Shown here in pieces: positions 1-10,484 of a stretch of 64,000 nucleotides of DNA (within the stretch, counting starts at the first letter, position 1; each line of letters begins with the position of its first letter). The DNA comes from a virus, in the IMG/VR virus record IMGVR_UViG_3300032309_002624, positions 10,081 through 74,080 of that record, one strand, 5' to 3'. Made by a program: the position numbers and the translations under genes. A model generated the notes under the pieces. It did not search any database. It was not told the origin of the DNA and saw nothing but the letters and a program-made list of their open reading frames with translations.

Positions 1-1649
1 TCTTTCTTTAAAATTTCGTACAAAACTTTAAGAAACTCTGAATTAACTTTTGATATTACTTGTATTGAAAAAGTTCTATATTTTTTTAGAAAATCCGCAC
101 CACTATTGACGATATTACTACCTTGTTTTCCAATATCCGCACCTGCATTTCCTATATTAGTTGTTACAGTGTTTGCTGATGCAATAAAAGTGTTAACGCT
201 TGATACCGCTTGGTTATATGTATAAGTTGCCCCTGACTGAACCACAGATAGTAGTGTGTATAATGGCAGTAAATTTTTTGGAGTAAGAACTCCCGCAGCA
301 ACGGCTAATGGTATTTTTTTAATTACGTTCTTGTCAATCGACGCTTTTACATTTAAGTTTGCAGGACCTGTCAAACTCCAAGCAGGGTTGTTTGATATTG
401 AGTCGATAATAGTTTCTAGTACCGCAACCTGTTCTTCTACTGTTGTCCCGCTTTCGGTGTCTCTGAATTCAATTAACTCATCTACTAAAACCTCATAGTC
501 AACAGGTAATTTTATATTATCACAATCCACAAACTCCATAATACCGTTTTGGATATTTGATATCTCAACCTCAATATTACGTAAATCAATTTCATTAAAT
601 TCAAAAAATGAATCATCGACACCATCCAGTTCCGCAACTTTTGCCACACCACTTACGTCTATTTCTCTTCTATCGTCAAAACATAAACCTAAAACTCTTG
701 CCACAATTAAACTAAACTTACTTTGATTATCCAATGCTCCATACCCAACTTGAGCTTGAATATTCATAGCCCCTGAAAGTAAGTTAACAATCTGAGCCCC
801 AACATCTACAGTATCAATTAATTTGATTGTACTATAATAATCTGAAATAAATTCACCAACATTATTTGTTAAATTTCCTTGACCGTCTTCTCTATCGACG
901 AGAATGATTCTGTAATAATCGCCAGTAACACCAAAACTATTTGTTTTTGTGTATTGAATGTCAAAAAGATTTTGTCCTGATTTACCTAAGTAGTTTTTAC
1001 CATTTATTTGACTAAATGACCTATCTTGATTGTCCGATGTCATAAGGTTATATAGTTGTTTGTTCATTGGGAATGGAACTTCACCACCATAAGGCTTAAA
1101 TTTCGTATCGGCAGATGGGTCGGGTTTTTCATAATAAACTTTACCGAATTGTGTTTCAGGAGATTGTTTTAGGTTAGAAAAAAAATCTAACGAGTTTACT
1201 GGAATATAAATTCCTTCTTGTTGTGGTCTAAGGGGTAATGGTTGTAGTGATAGGTTTTGCGCAGACACACCATTATAGGTTTGTTCAATTGAACATCCTA
1301 ACGCCTTAATGGTTTCCTCTTTCATGATGTTAACCATTTTCGGCTCAATTGTTGCCGCCGCTTCTAAAATTTTTTTTCGTAAATAATTTAAGGTTGCTGA
1401 ACCGTTACCTTGAGTTTGTCCTAAGAAACCAAGTAATTGGTCCATAGAATTTGGAGGGTCTTTTTGAAACCTTTTCTGTAAATCCCTTACTTTATCAAGT
1501 TGACCTGAAATCTTTGATGTTGCCTCGGATGACGAATTTGCCAATTTCCCCAAAAAAGATTTTTCAGAAGTTGAAACATCGGCATAGGTCTTGAATGCAT
1601 CTAATTTACTTGAAATAGATTGTTGGGTTGAGTTTAAATCTAACGGCAT
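1..1649 (-). CDS. Large hypothetical protein, probably virion-associated; runs off the left edge of the window
   Basis: Not in the ORF track because it has no stop in the window. Read manually from ATG at 1649 (MPLDLNSTQQSISSKLDAFKTY...), it appears open to position 1 and lies 2 nt downstream of the 1652..2020 gene. Confidence 0.75.
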   Translation of the reverse strand, partial: MPLDLNSTQQSISSKLDAFKTYADVSTSEKSFLGKLANSSSEATSKISGQLDKVRDLQKRFQKDPPNSMDQLLGFLGQTQGNGSATLNYLRKKILEAAATIEPKMVNIMKEETIKALGCSIEQTYNGVSAQNLSLQPLPLRPQQEGIYIPVNSLDFFSNLKQSPETQFGKVYYEKPDPSADTKFKPYGGEVPFPMNKQLYNLMTSDNQDRSFSQINGKNYLGKSGQNLFDIQYTKTNSFGVTGDYYRIILVDREDGQGNLTNNVGEFISDYYSTIKLIDTVDVGAQIVNLLSGAMNIQAQVGYGALDNQSKFSLIVARVLGLCFDDRREIDVSGVAKVAELDGVDDSFFEFNEIDLRNIEVEISNIQNGIMEFVDCDNIKLPVDYEVLVDELIEFRDTESGTTVEEQVAVLETIIDSISNNPAWSLTGPANLNVKASIDKNVIKKIPLAVAAGVLTPKNLLPLYTLLSVVQSGATYTYNQAVSSVNTFIASANTVTTNIGNAGADIGKQGSNIVNSGADFLKKYRTFSIQVISKVNSEFLKVLYEILKK

Positions 1650-1651
1650 AC

Positions 1652-2020
1652 TTATTTCATTTTATATGATTCCTCGTCATTGGAAACATCTCTTTCAATA
1701 AGGTTCTGTATTAAATCGTCGTCTAAATCTGCAAGTGAAAATGACTCTTCTTTGTTGTTGTTTGATTTTTCCCAAATACCTGATTGAAGTTTAGATAAAC
1801 TAATCTTCTTCTCAACGCAATCATTTACAATCTTTTGTTGTTTTTCAATAACAGGACCTATAGTTGTCATATCCTCAGGGTCCTTCAGCATTGATAACAT
1901 CTTATTTTGAATTCTGATTGCAGTCTGTCTTTGCTCAACAAGTTCATTATAGATTTCTTGCATGAGAGATAATATTGAATCTTTTGTGAAATTAATTTCT
2001 TTTCTCTGTGGTCTCGGCAT
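1652..2020 (-). CDS. Hypothetical coiled-coil protein
   Basis: 122-aa ORF with helical heptad character; TATTTAT motif 4 nt upstream of the ATG. Confidence 0.7.
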   Translation of the reverse strand: MPRPQRKEINFTKDSILSLMQEIYNELVEQRQTAIRIQNKMLSMLKDPEDMTTIGPVIEKQQKIVNDCVEKKISLSKLQSGIWEKSNNNKEESFSLADLDDDLIQNLIERDVSNDEESYKMK

Positions 2021-2039
2021 ATCTATAAATACTTTTTTG

Positions 2040-2786
2040 TTAGTTTTTCATTCTTACTTGAATAACTCCATACAATTTTTTGAATCTTTTGATAGAACTA
2101 CGTATTTCTTTGGTACTTAAGTTTGTCATTTCTCTTAATGAAAGAAGAATAACATTTTTGTTAAATTTATTATTATCTGCACCAGAAAATATTTTTTCGT
2201 AGTTATCAAATAAATCAATTAAGGCATACCCAAGCTTTGTTTCGTTTTCGTTCAATTGTTCAGAATCGATAAAATCTTTGAGTTCTTTTAAATACTCATT
2301 GATTATTGCATCTGTTTCGACAATATCGTCATCGATTCTATATGACATATCAGCCCTTTCTTCTAAGCTAGAAGATATATCTTCGTATGATATTTTTCTA
2401 TTGGTTTCTTTTTGGTCTTTGATGATTTGACCCATCAAATAGTTTTTACAAATAGTACCAAAGTAAGAATAAGCCTTTTTGTTCTTGTCTGGTTTGAACT
2501 TATCGACTTTTGTCATTAAAAAGGAATGAGTATCTGTATGAATTTCTTCAAAATCCATATCCTTTCTATATAATTTATATCGCCTAATGATAGATGAAAT
2601 CATCTTATCAAGAGGAGCCTTTAAAAATTCGTTATAAATCTTATTTTTTTCGTATGATGTTTCGGCAATAAGAAAATTTCTAACAGCCTCCTCTTCTCTT
2701 ACATCAAAATAATTTAAATTGACCGCCTTTCTTCCTCTTTTTTTAGATAAAACATCTTCTGTTGTGGCAGAGAGTGTTTCTTGCAT
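2040..2786 (-). CDS. T4 gp55-like late-transcription sigma factor
   Basis: N-terminal NYF motif and region-2-like segment KFKPDKNKKAYSYFGTICKNYL, resembling the gp55-family FDP.K..NAFAYFT.I motif. Confidence 0.75.
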   Translation of the reverse strand: MQETLSATTEDVLSKKRGRKAVNLNYFDVREEEAVRNFLIAETSYEKNKIYNEFLKAPLDKMISSIIRRYKLYRKDMDFEEIHTDTHSFLMTKVDKFKPDKNKKAYSYFGTICKNYLMGQIIKDQKETNRKISYEDISSSLEERADMSYRIDDDIVETDAIINEYLKELKDFIDSEQLNENETKLGYALIDLFDNYEKIFSGADNNKFNKNVILLSLREMTNLSTKEIRSSIKRFKKLYGVIQVRMKN

Positions 2787-3593
2787 TTATGCATTTTCAG
2801 ATTGATATTTTATGACTCTATCGTCTGTGAAGAAATATTCTCTTTTCGCTGTTTGAATCCAAAATTTAACCTCGTCTTCAACCATTTTACTTTCTCCGAA
2901 CTTATAATTCCAGAAAATAGAACCTTCTCTTAAGTTAACGTGCTTGTAGCCAAGTCGAGGAATTGTCATGATTGATACTGAATTGTATGATAATCTTAGT
3001 AAAAATTCATAAATAAATGTTAGTTTGATTGACGGTTTGAATCCACCAAAATCTTCGATTATTGATTTTTTAAATACGGAACCAGCAGTTTGAAAATTTT
3101 GATATTCTTGTAAAGTTTCATTTGTTAACATTCCCATTTCTTGTGAGAAATTTGCTGCGAATGTTGCCTCATTTGTGAATCCTGCGAACATACCTTTTTC
3201 ATCTGTTTCTACCACAACAGGTAAGAACATTTGTACTTCAGGATATGATTCAACATACTTCTGAACATTTTTAAACCAAATTGATGAGTATTCATCGTCG
3301 AATTCGAAAAGGGAAACCCACGTACCTTTTGCATTTTTAATACCGTAATTTACTTGGTCGGCGTAATTAGGGTCTTTATCCCATAACAATTTTGTAACAT
3401 TTAAATCTCCAAAATCGTAAGATTCTAAATGTTCAATCAAAGATTGTTCTTTAGTATGGACGATTACCAATTCCTCAAATTTGATTTGTTGGTTTTTTAA
3501 AGACATAATTGCCTTTTCAAAGTATTCGTTAAAATCTTTTGCCTTAGATGATTTAACTGGTAGTATTACTGATAATGATAATGTATTGCTCAT
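2787..3593 (-). CDS. GT2-family (GT-A) glycosyltransferase
   Basis: LSVILPV start, VNYGIKNAKGTWVSLFEFDDEY (DxD-like), FGGF motif. Confidence 0.8.
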   Translation of the reverse strand: MSNTLSLSVILPVKSSKAKDFNEYFEKAIMSLKNQQIKFEELVIVHTKEQSLIEHLESYDFGDLNVTKLLWDKDPNYADQVNYGIKNAKGTWVSLFEFDDEYSSIWFKNVQKYVESYPEVQMFLPVVVETDEKGMFAGFTNEATFAANFSQEMGMLTNETLQEYQNFQTAGSVFKKSIIEDFGGFKPSIKLTFIYEFLLRLSYNSVSIMTIPRLGYKHVNLREGSIFWNYKFGESKMVEDEVKFWIQTAKREYFFTDDRVIKYQSENA

Positions 3594-3594
3594 A

Positions 3595-4647
3595 TTATTC
3601 TTCTGTTTTAGAAATTTGATTTTCGAATGAGTCCGCTCTATTTTTCAAATACCCTTCGAATAATGAAACGATTGATAACTCAAATTTTTGTTTATCCGAA
3701 TATCGGTCAACTGTGGTTTTCATTTTATCGAAAATAACAGGGTCGATATTGTCTTCCAACCAATTTTGTACGTAATCCGCAACAACATCGGCAAGTAATG
3801 TTTCGTCTGTAATCCATATACCATTATCCTCTGTCATCCAATCAGGTGAGAGATTAGGTACTTTACCGATTACAGGAACATTTGACTTCATCGACTCTAA
3901 TGGGAATGTACCGAATGCACTGTCATCATCAATCCAAACACTTATAAAACAATCTCTAAGTGAATTAGCGAATTCTTTTTCTGAAAGACCTCTCAGGTCT
4001 CTGAATGTGAACCACCTATATTGTGGAAATTTTAAATAGAAAGTTTTGATTAAGTTAACGGTATCACTCTGTTCTTTTGAGTGGACTCCAATAATTGGCA
4101 TAGGAGGGGTTGATTTAGGTGTGAACTCTTCACTAATCAAAGGTTCAACAATATCATATGATATTTGCCTCATAACTCTCTCAATATACTCTTTTTGTTT
4201 GTTAGATGTTGTTATACACTTCAAAAATCCGAATTGATTCCATGTCTGACCTGGTTGTAATGTCTCTAACATATGAGCATATTGTTGGGTCAAAACTATT
4301 TTAGCACAAGGTAGTTGTTTTACTTGGTCCATCACGAATCCAAAAATTTCAGGGACAACTAAAAAATCTTCTGGTGAAATTTCCAAGTTTTGACCTTCAA
4401 TTGCTTTATGAGGTAATGACATATACTCCTCATCTAACCACGCAATTACACCAGCATAATCCGCTTTTTCGTGTAAGATGATTGGATTAAATCCGTTGTC
4501 CTTTAATGTTTTTGCCATTTGATATATGAGCCTAACAGAAGCCTTGGCGTTACCCTTAGTATCTTGAACTAAAAAATATATTCTGGCTTGTTTGTCCCTC
4601 AATATATTGATGGATTGTTTTACTTTTTCCTGTAATTGATTTTCCAT
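3595..4647 (-). CDS. GT-B fold (GT4-like) glycosyltransferase
   Basis: C-terminal AFGTFPLESMKSNVPVIG matches the GT4 E-x7-E region; VVPEI motif. Confidence 0.7.
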   Translation of the reverse strand: MENQLQEKVKQSINILRDKQARIYFLVQDTKGNAKASVRLIYQMAKTLKDNGFNPIILHEKADYAGVIAWLDEEYMSLPHKAIEGQNLEISPEDFLVVPEIFGFVMDQVKQLPCAKIVLTQQYAHMLETLQPGQTWNQFGFLKCITTSNKQKEYIERVMRQISYDIVEPLISEEFTPKSTPPMPIIGVHSKEQSDTVNLIKTFYLKFPQYRWFTFRDLRGLSEKEFANSLRDCFISVWIDDDSAFGTFPLESMKSNVPVIGKVPNLSPDWMTEDNGIWITDETLLADVVADYVQNWLEDNIDPVIFDKMKTTVDRYSDKQKFELSIVSLFEGYLKNRADSFENQISKTEE

Positions 4648-4648
4648 A

Positions 4649-4933
4649 TTAATAATGATTGATTAATTTTTTATTTAATAAACTATTAAATGCAATTCTA
4701 AACGGAATACTTGTATTGGAATTTGACTTCATTCCAAGTTTTTCGTCCATAATTTCTTGTTCGGTCAAAATAGTTTCTAATAACATTTTAACCATTTCAA
4801 ATTTAATAATGTTGATTCTCGTTTCTGTTGTACCTGTAGATGATTCGGTTGAATTTTCGTCTTGACCCATATCAAGATAATCTTCAATTTTATCCAAATC
4901 AATGAAATAATTCTCTCCTAAAACTGGTATCAT
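4649..4933 (-). CDS. Hypothetical protein
   Basis: 94-aa ORF tightly packed in the operon. Confidence 0.65.
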   Translation of the reverse strand: MIPVLGENYFIDLDKIEDYLDMGQDENSTESSTGTTETRINIIKFEMVKMLLETILTEQEIMDEKLGMKSNSNTSIPFRIAFNSLLNKKLINHY

Positions 4934-5523
4934 AGTATCTCTTGTATTTTTGTTTTGAGTTCTTTCAAACTCGATATGTTGTGTTCAGTATCAATATTTC
5001 CGTTATATGTGGTATTGAATTTAATCACAATTTTATTTTTTGGATGGTTTAATAATAGGTTAGGATTTGCAGTAAGTAAAACGTCTACAGATTCCCACAG
5101 AGAATTTATTGTACTTTCACTATAAAACTTTACCGCCTCAACTAAACAACCAAATTTTGATATGAAGAATAGGGACGCTGGTTTTGATTTGCCTATTTCA
5201 TCGGAAACTATAAGAATATCGTGTTCGTCTCTCATATCCAAGTAGAATTCATTGAAATCCAATAATCCCGAAGGTTCTACAGAACCCGCGTGACCGAATA
5301 TTTCCATAGTATGTTCTTTATATAAAAAATCATACAACTCATCCTCATTTTTAAATTTCAAATGTTTTGCAATATCTAATGAATTTAAATCCGATAACAC
5401 CTCGTATTTAAAGTCATCATCCCCTTCGTCAAAAGGATTGTTGATGTACCACTTTTCATACTCCTGTTGTATTTTTTTTAGAGTGTCTCTGAGTACTCCA
5501 TTTATTTCTATTGCTATTTTCAT
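4930..5523 (-). CDS. HAD-superfamily 5'(3')-deoxyribonucleotidase-like protein with degenerate catalytic motif
   Basis: MKIAIEINGVLRD aligns with the NT5C motif I 'IxIDxDGVLxD' but lacks both Asp; C-terminal FNTTYN resembles the family motif. Confidence 0.55.
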   Translation of the reverse strand: MKIAIEINGVLRDTLKKIQQEYEKWYINNPFDEGDDDFKYEVLSDLNSLDIAKHLKFKNEDELYDFLYKEHTMEIFGHAGSVEPSGLLDFNEFYLDMRDEHDILIVSDEIGKSKPASLFFISKFGCLVEAVKFYSESTINSLWESVDVLLTANPNLLLNHPKNKIVIKFNTTYNGNIDTEHNISSLKELKTKIQEIL

Positions 5524-6254
5524 TCTTCGTATCTTTCTAATATGTCTGATATTAATGGATTTCTTACAATATCTGTTGGTTTAAATTCAAATACCCCAAT
5601 GTCATTCATATTTTGAAACTTTTTCAATGCATCCCAAAGACCTGTTTGAGTTTTGTCTTTGTGTCTGTCAAATTGTTCCAAGTCACCTGAAATAAAAAAT
5701 TTGGAATTAAAACCAATTCTCGTTAGTAATAATTTCATTTGACTTGGTGTAGAATTCTGTGCCTCTTCGAATATTAGAATTGAATTATCAATATTCATTC
5801 CTCTCATATATGCCAAAGCAAATACCTCAATCGCCTCAATTTCTTTTAATTTTTCACGGGACTCTTTTCCTATTATTTTATTTAAAAGATAGTAAGATGG
5901 AAAGATATATGGGTCTAATTTTTCTTCGACACCACCAGGTAAACTACCTAATTTTTCTTCCGCTTCTACTGCTGGTCTGACAATTATTATTTTTTCGTAT
6001 GGTGTGGTTGGGTCTGATAATAAATCGACAGCACATTTCATTGCTATATAACTTTTACCAACACCCGCAGGTCCAGAACATATTGTTATTTGGTTTGTAG
6101 ATAATTTATCGTAATATTCTTTTTGACTATCTGATAAAAATTTTTCTTTAGTTTTTCTTTTTATGATTGAACAGATTTGTTGTTTCTTATTTCTCATAGG
6201 AACCTCATCGTTCGATAAAGTTGCTGTAGGTCTCGGTTTTGTTAATTTACCCAT
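5520..6254 (-). CDS. phoH: PhoH-family ATPase
   Basis: GPAGVGKS Walker A, RPAVEAEEKLGSLPG, AYMRG, EEAQN, GDLEQFD, VRNPL. Confidence 0.95.
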   Translation of the reverse strand: MGKLTKPRPTATLSNDEVPMRNKKQQICSIIKRKTKEKFLSDSQKEYYDKLSTNQITICSGPAGVGKSYIAMKCAVDLLSDPTTPYEKIIIVRPAVEAEEKLGSLPGGVEEKLDPYIFPSYYLLNKIIGKESREKLKEIEAIEVFALAYMRGMNIDNSILIFEEAQNSTPSQMKLLLTRIGFNSKFFISGDLEQFDRHKDKTQTGLWDALKKFQNMNDIGVFEFKPTDIVRNPLISDILERYEE

Positions 6255-6260
6255 TTTTAG

Positions 6261-7352
6261 TTATTTAATTTTATGTCTTTCAACACTACCAATTTCTCTT
6301 TTGAAAATTGTTTCTCCATCAGGACTTTCATAAATCCATTTGGTTTCCAATTCTTTTTTGTCAACCTGTGCCTTAATCCATTGGTATGTTTTTTTAAGTC
6401 CGATTGAAAGTGGTTGACTAACTTCCCATCCGATTTTTTCTCTATATAATTTGTTATCTGAATTTCTACCTTGAACGCCTAAAGGACATTTGAATCCGTA
6501 CTTCTGAACAAATTCTTCCCCATCAATATTTTTGATGTTAATATCTTTTTCTGATATTGCAATTGCCATTGAAGCAAGTTGATTAATGGTTACCATCTCC
6601 TCACTACCAATGTTAACAGGTCCTGTAAATTCTGACTCCATTAATCTCAATACAGCTTCAACACATTCATCCACATATAAGAAAGAACGAGTTTGCATTC
6701 CTGTACCCCAAACTTCGATTTCACCTCCGTTTGATGTTTCTGCTGCTTTTCTACACATCGCAGCTGGTGATTTTTCTCTACCACCAATCCATGTACCTTG
6801 TGGGCCAAAAATGTTGTGGAATCTTGCTACTCTAACATTTAAACCATAATTTCTGTGGAATGCCAAGAATAATCTTTCTGAAAATAGTTTTTCCCATCCG
6901 TATTCAGAATCAGGATTTGCGGGATATGCTGACGATTCTTCACAGTTTGGATTTTCAGGGTCCAACTGATTGTGTTCAGGATACATACAAGCAGATGATG
7001 AGTAGAATACCTTACCAACTTTTTTCTTAACACACTCTCTTGCGACGTTAAGGTTGATTGTTGCTGAGTTGTACATAACATCCGCATCGTGTTCTCCAGT
7101 AAAGATGTACAATGCACCACCCATGTCGGCAGCTAATTGATATACTTCATCAACACCTTCTTCAATAACAAGCTCAACAACCTTTGGGTCTGTCAAATCC
7201 CCCAAGATAAATTCATGACAAATTTCATCTTGGAAAAAGTATTCGTGTTTTTTTATATCACAAACTCTAACGTGATTTCCTTCTTCTTTTAATCTTTTGG
7301 CAAGGTGTCCACCTATGAATCCTCCTCCGCCCAATACTACTATTTTTTTCAT
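6261..7352 (-). CDS. NAD-dependent epimerase, GDP-mannose 3',5'-epimerase-like
   Basis: GGGGFIG, LAADMGG, YSSSACMYP, YGWEK, RFHNIFGP, GGREKSPAAMCRK and GVQGRNSDN are motifs characteristic of GME. Confidence 0.85.
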   Translation of the reverse strand: MKKIVVLGGGGFIGGHLAKRLKEEGNHVRVCDIKKHEYFFQDEICHEFILGDLTDPKVVELVIEEGVDEVYQLAADMGGALYIFTGEHDADVMYNSATINLNVARECVKKKVGKVFYSSSACMYPEHNQLDPENPNCEESSAYPANPDSEYGWEKLFSERLFLAFHRNYGLNVRVARFHNIFGPQGTWIGGREKSPAAMCRKAAETSNGGEIEVWGTGMQTRSFLYVDECVEAVLRLMESEFTGPVNIGSEEMVTINQLASMAIAISEKDINIKNIDGEEFVQKYGFKCPLGVQGRNSDNKLYREKIGWEVSQPLSIGLKKTYQWIKAQVDKKELETKWIYESPDGETIFKREIGSVERHKIK

Positions 7353-7356
7353 TTTT

Positions 7357-7983
7357 TTATTTTTTGAAATAAATCATTCCCCATTTTTCTTTTCTTTCGG
7401 GGTTTAGCTCCTCGAGTAGGTTGAAGTCCTGATATGATGTCCAATCTATATCCTCATCTAATTTGATTGCGTCGGCTTCAGTGTAACTGAATTGATTATA
7501 CCCTAAATTTGTCAAATGGTTTATTATTAAGTTAATTTTATTTTTTTGTTCTTCGGCCCATTCAAAGGCAAATACGGTGTTTGGAAGTAATTTCGAAAAT
7601 GAAGTTAAAACTTCGTACTCATATCCCTCAATATCTAATTTGATATAATCAGGAATCCCATATTCATCTATTATATCATCTATTGTTATTGTTTCTACCT
7701 CTACTTCTCTCTTCCATTCATATAAATCCGTGAATCTTGAGTTGTTAATCCAATCTTCCGAAAATGTTGAAATAGTGTTAGTGTTAGAAATTTTAAAGAT
7801 TTGTTTTCCTCTATGGTTAGATACTCCTCTACCGTCAACAACAACAGGTCTTTTAAAAAATCTATTCTTCAAGTGACTTACTAATGCAGGGTTTGGTTCG
7901 AAACAAATTACTTGTTCTGAATTATTCAGAAATTCTTCTACTGTATTTCCAACATTTGCACCTATATCTATTACTAGCTTCAT
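7357..7983 (-). CDS. FkbM-family methyltransferase
   Basis: VIDIGANVG, FEPNP, IKLDIEGYE. Confidence 0.9.
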   Translation of the reverse strand: MKLVIDIGANVGNTVEEFLNNSEQVICFEPNPALVSHLKNRFFKRPVVVDGRGVSNHRGKQIFKISNTNTISTFSEDWINNSRFTDLYEWKREVEVETITIDDIIDEYGIPDYIKLDIEGYEYEVLTSFSKLLPNTVFAFEWAEEQKNKINLIINHLTNLGYNQFSYTEADAIKLDEDIDWTSYQDFNLLEELNPERKEKWGMIYFKK

Positions 7984-8008
7984 AAATTACTTTTCTTATT
8001 GTGAACTT

Positions 8009-8938
8009 TTAGTTCATTATATGTTCTAAATATAAATCATTTCCTTCGATTGATACCATTTTTTTATATTCGGCTTTGTCATCACAAACGGTAAAAAAAT
8101 TGTAATGTGGAGGTATTTTTATTTTTTTACTATAGAAAACATAGTTCGCAATTTCACCAAATAAAGAATCATTTCTATCATAAATTTTAATTACTATATC
8201 TAAATCATCATTTGTTACGTTTTTGTATACAACTTTATTTTCAGTGATTTCCAAGAACTCAATTTTTTTCACATTCTCATCGTTGTATCTTACGTAGTTA
8301 TATCTGATGTCGGACCTTGTAATGTTTATGTTATTCAAATCTAGCCACAGTTTTAAGTTAGTTTCATTGTGGGTTGAAGTGTTTTCATCTTTTTCAGAAA
8401 TCCAAAAATCAAACCTGTTCATGTATTTTGACATAAGTTCTTTCGGTCCCGCAGCAAACCTATCGTTATATCCATTCCAATCAGACCCTCTAAGTATTGT
8501 AATTAAATCATCTTTTAAATCCCATTCAAAATCAGATTCGTAAGATATGTCAGGTCTAACTCTCATGACATAATCAAAAGTTATATCATGTTCTTTTTCA
8601 TATTCTAACATTAATGAATAGGATTCCTTTATTTGAAGTAGTTGATAATACGAACTTATTGCACCTGACTCTCGATTTAAAATGTAATCTGAGGATTCGA
8701 ATTTATTAATTTGATAAGACAAGTCAGGTAGTTTTGCATCTTCTTCTATCTTTATTTTACCACAATAGTTGTAGATTTCTTTTGGGATTGAAATGTATTT
8801 CCCATTCTCTTTTGAGAAAATAATGAACAGTTTAACATTAACGTTCGGATTAGAAGTAATAAAAGTTTTGATGATTGACTTGTGGCAATCATCGAAACTT
8901 CTATATTGACCTGAAATGCAAATGGCAAGTTTCTTCAT
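8009..8938 (-). CDS. Putative glycosyltransferase with C-terminal extension
   Basis: AICISGQYRSF, FDYVMRVRPD and NDRFA motifs, typical of GT-like proteins in phage glycan clusters. Confidence 0.55.
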   Translation of the reverse strand: MKKLAICISGQYRSFDDCHKSIIKTFITSNPNVNVKLFIIFSKENGKYISIPKEIYNYCGKIKIEEDAKLPDLSYQINKFESSDYILNRESGAISSYYQLLQIKESYSLMLEYEKEHDITFDYVMRVRPDISYESDFEWDLKDDLITILRGSDWNGYNDRFAAGPKELMSKYMNRFDFWISEKDENTSTHNETNLKLWLDLNNINITRSDIRYNYVRYNDENVKKIEFLEITENKVVYKNVTNDDLDIVIKIYDRNDSLFGEIANYVFYSKKIKIPPHYNFFTVCDDKAEYKKMVSIEGNDLYLEHIMN

Positions 8939-9873
8939 TAATCAAAATATTTTTGATATATCTTAAAGTATTCTACAGTTTTCTCTGGAAGCAAAGTCCA
9001 ATAATCTTTAAGGTTATCCAATAAATTCAATGTATTTCTATATCCGATAACCTCGTTTTCTAAATTCCTAACAAGGTCTTGAGGATTTCTTGCTTGATAT
9101 ACTGACGCTTTTGCAAAAATGACAGAGTTTGGAAAATGATGTTGCATTACGTATGCTCCCCAAATGTCATCCATTCTTCCTGTATAAGGGAATACTGAAT
9201 AATGTTTTAAAACACTTCTGTGTAAGAATGTATTTTGTGAGTTAAATGGTGTTAGTTGTTTTGTTGTGAACGGTTCAAACGAGTTGAATTTAACAATCGG
9301 TTTTTTACTTAATCTACAAATTGCATCTATATCAGGGTCACCGTCCCAAAATTCTGCCTGAACCAAAGGTGTCATTTTGACTTTCCCCTTATATTCAATA
9401 TTATTTTTTACCTGTAAGTATTCTATTGGAAATCCTCTATGCCACAGGTCGTTGTGTTCTGTTGTGGATATCGAGTCGAAATATGAACATGATGTGTTTT
9501 CATAATTATCAACTTCAATTTCTTGACCCAGTAATATGTTATCACCCCAGGATTCATATGGAATGTTATCATCATCTACAGTTGCAACAATGTCCGCACC
9601 GTTTTGATATGCATAAACAAATCCGATATTTCGTCTTTGAATTGTTCTCCATCCGATGGATTCTGATAGTTCAGGATATAATTCATTTTGTTTATCAGGA
9701 CTTAGATATTCAAAATTTTTAAATTGTTTTTCTAAATCTTCGTACAAATTGTGTGGAGTTTTTGTATCTCCAATTACGACAAATGTAAAATCTTTTTTGT
9801 CGGCAATCGCTGCGAACTTGAGTGTTGCTTCAGTTGGCGGATTGATTGTTGTTGTGATAATATATTTTTTCAT
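8938..9873 (-). CDS. STELLO/DUF288-like (GT75-related) protein
   Basis: ITTTINPPT, VVIGDTKTP, RRNIG, VDDDN, DPDIDAI, FNSQNT, RMDDIWG. Likely start is the ATG at 9873. Confidence 0.8.
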   Translation of the reverse strand: MKKYIITTTINPPTEATLKFAAIADKKDFTFVVIGDTKTPHNLYEDLEKQFKNFEYLSPDKQNELYPELSESIGWRTIQRRNIGFVYAYQNGADIVATVDDDNIPYESWGDNILLGQEIEVDNYENTSCSYFDSISTTEHNDLWHRGFPIEYLQVKNNIEYKGKVKMTPLVQAEFWDGDPDIDAICRLSKKPIVKFNSFEPFTTKQLTPFNSQNTFLHRSVLKHYSVFPYTGRMDDIWGAYVMQHHFPNSVIFAKASVYQARNPQDLVRNLENEVIGYRNTLNLLDNLKDYWTLLPEKTVEYFKIYQKYFD

Positions 9874-9874
9874 A

Positions 9875-10483
9875 TTAATATACAAGGTAGATATGATTAC
9901 CTTCTTTAGTGTTTATGATATTATAGTTTGGGTTGATATCTCTTAGTAAAGATTCAAACTCAGCTAGTGTTGGGAAATTACCTTGACCCAAATCTCTACA
10001 GTCGTCAATCAACATTACGTGGTCATTACGATTACTTGCTGATTTGATTGCTTTTAATTCTTCAGTTAACGGACCGTCTAACATATTATGAGCGTCCAAT
10101 AAGATAAAAAATCTTTCGTCAGGTAGTTCTTCTAATACTGATTTTAATGTGTCTTCAGAAGTCCCAAAAAGGAAGGTTAAATTTTCATATTTTTGTCCAA
10201 CCTCCTGATAATGTTCACGGTAACTTTTACCGTCATATGGATTCCTGTCAGGATATAACTCAACAGTAAATGCAACATCGAAATGTTCGGCAAGGAAAAT
10301 TGAAGTTCTTGCGTCGTGAGTTCCAGTTTCAATTGCGAAATTGACCTCACTCAAATTTGGTATTTTATCTTGGTATTGATACAATAGGGAAACAAATAGA
10401 TTCGGAATAGGTAAACTTGTTTTATGTATGTCCGACATCTGTTCCCATCTTGGGTCACCAGCATAATCTAAATTAATTTTCAT
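9875..10483 (-). CDS. Class I SAM-dependent methyltransferase-like protein
   Basis: AIETGT, TVEL, GTSE, LLDAH, LIDD motifs. Confidence 0.7.
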   Translation of the reverse strand: MKINLDYAGDPRWEQMSDIHKTSLPIPNLFVSLLYQYQDKIPNLSEVNFAIETGTHDARTSIFLAEHFDVAFTVELYPDRNPYDGKSYREHYQEVGQKYENLTFLFGTSEDTLKSVLEELPDERFFILLDAHNMLDGPLTEELKAIKSASNRNDHVMLIDDCRDLGQGNFPTLAEFESLLRDINPNYNIINTKEGNHIYLVY

Positions 10484-10484
10484 A

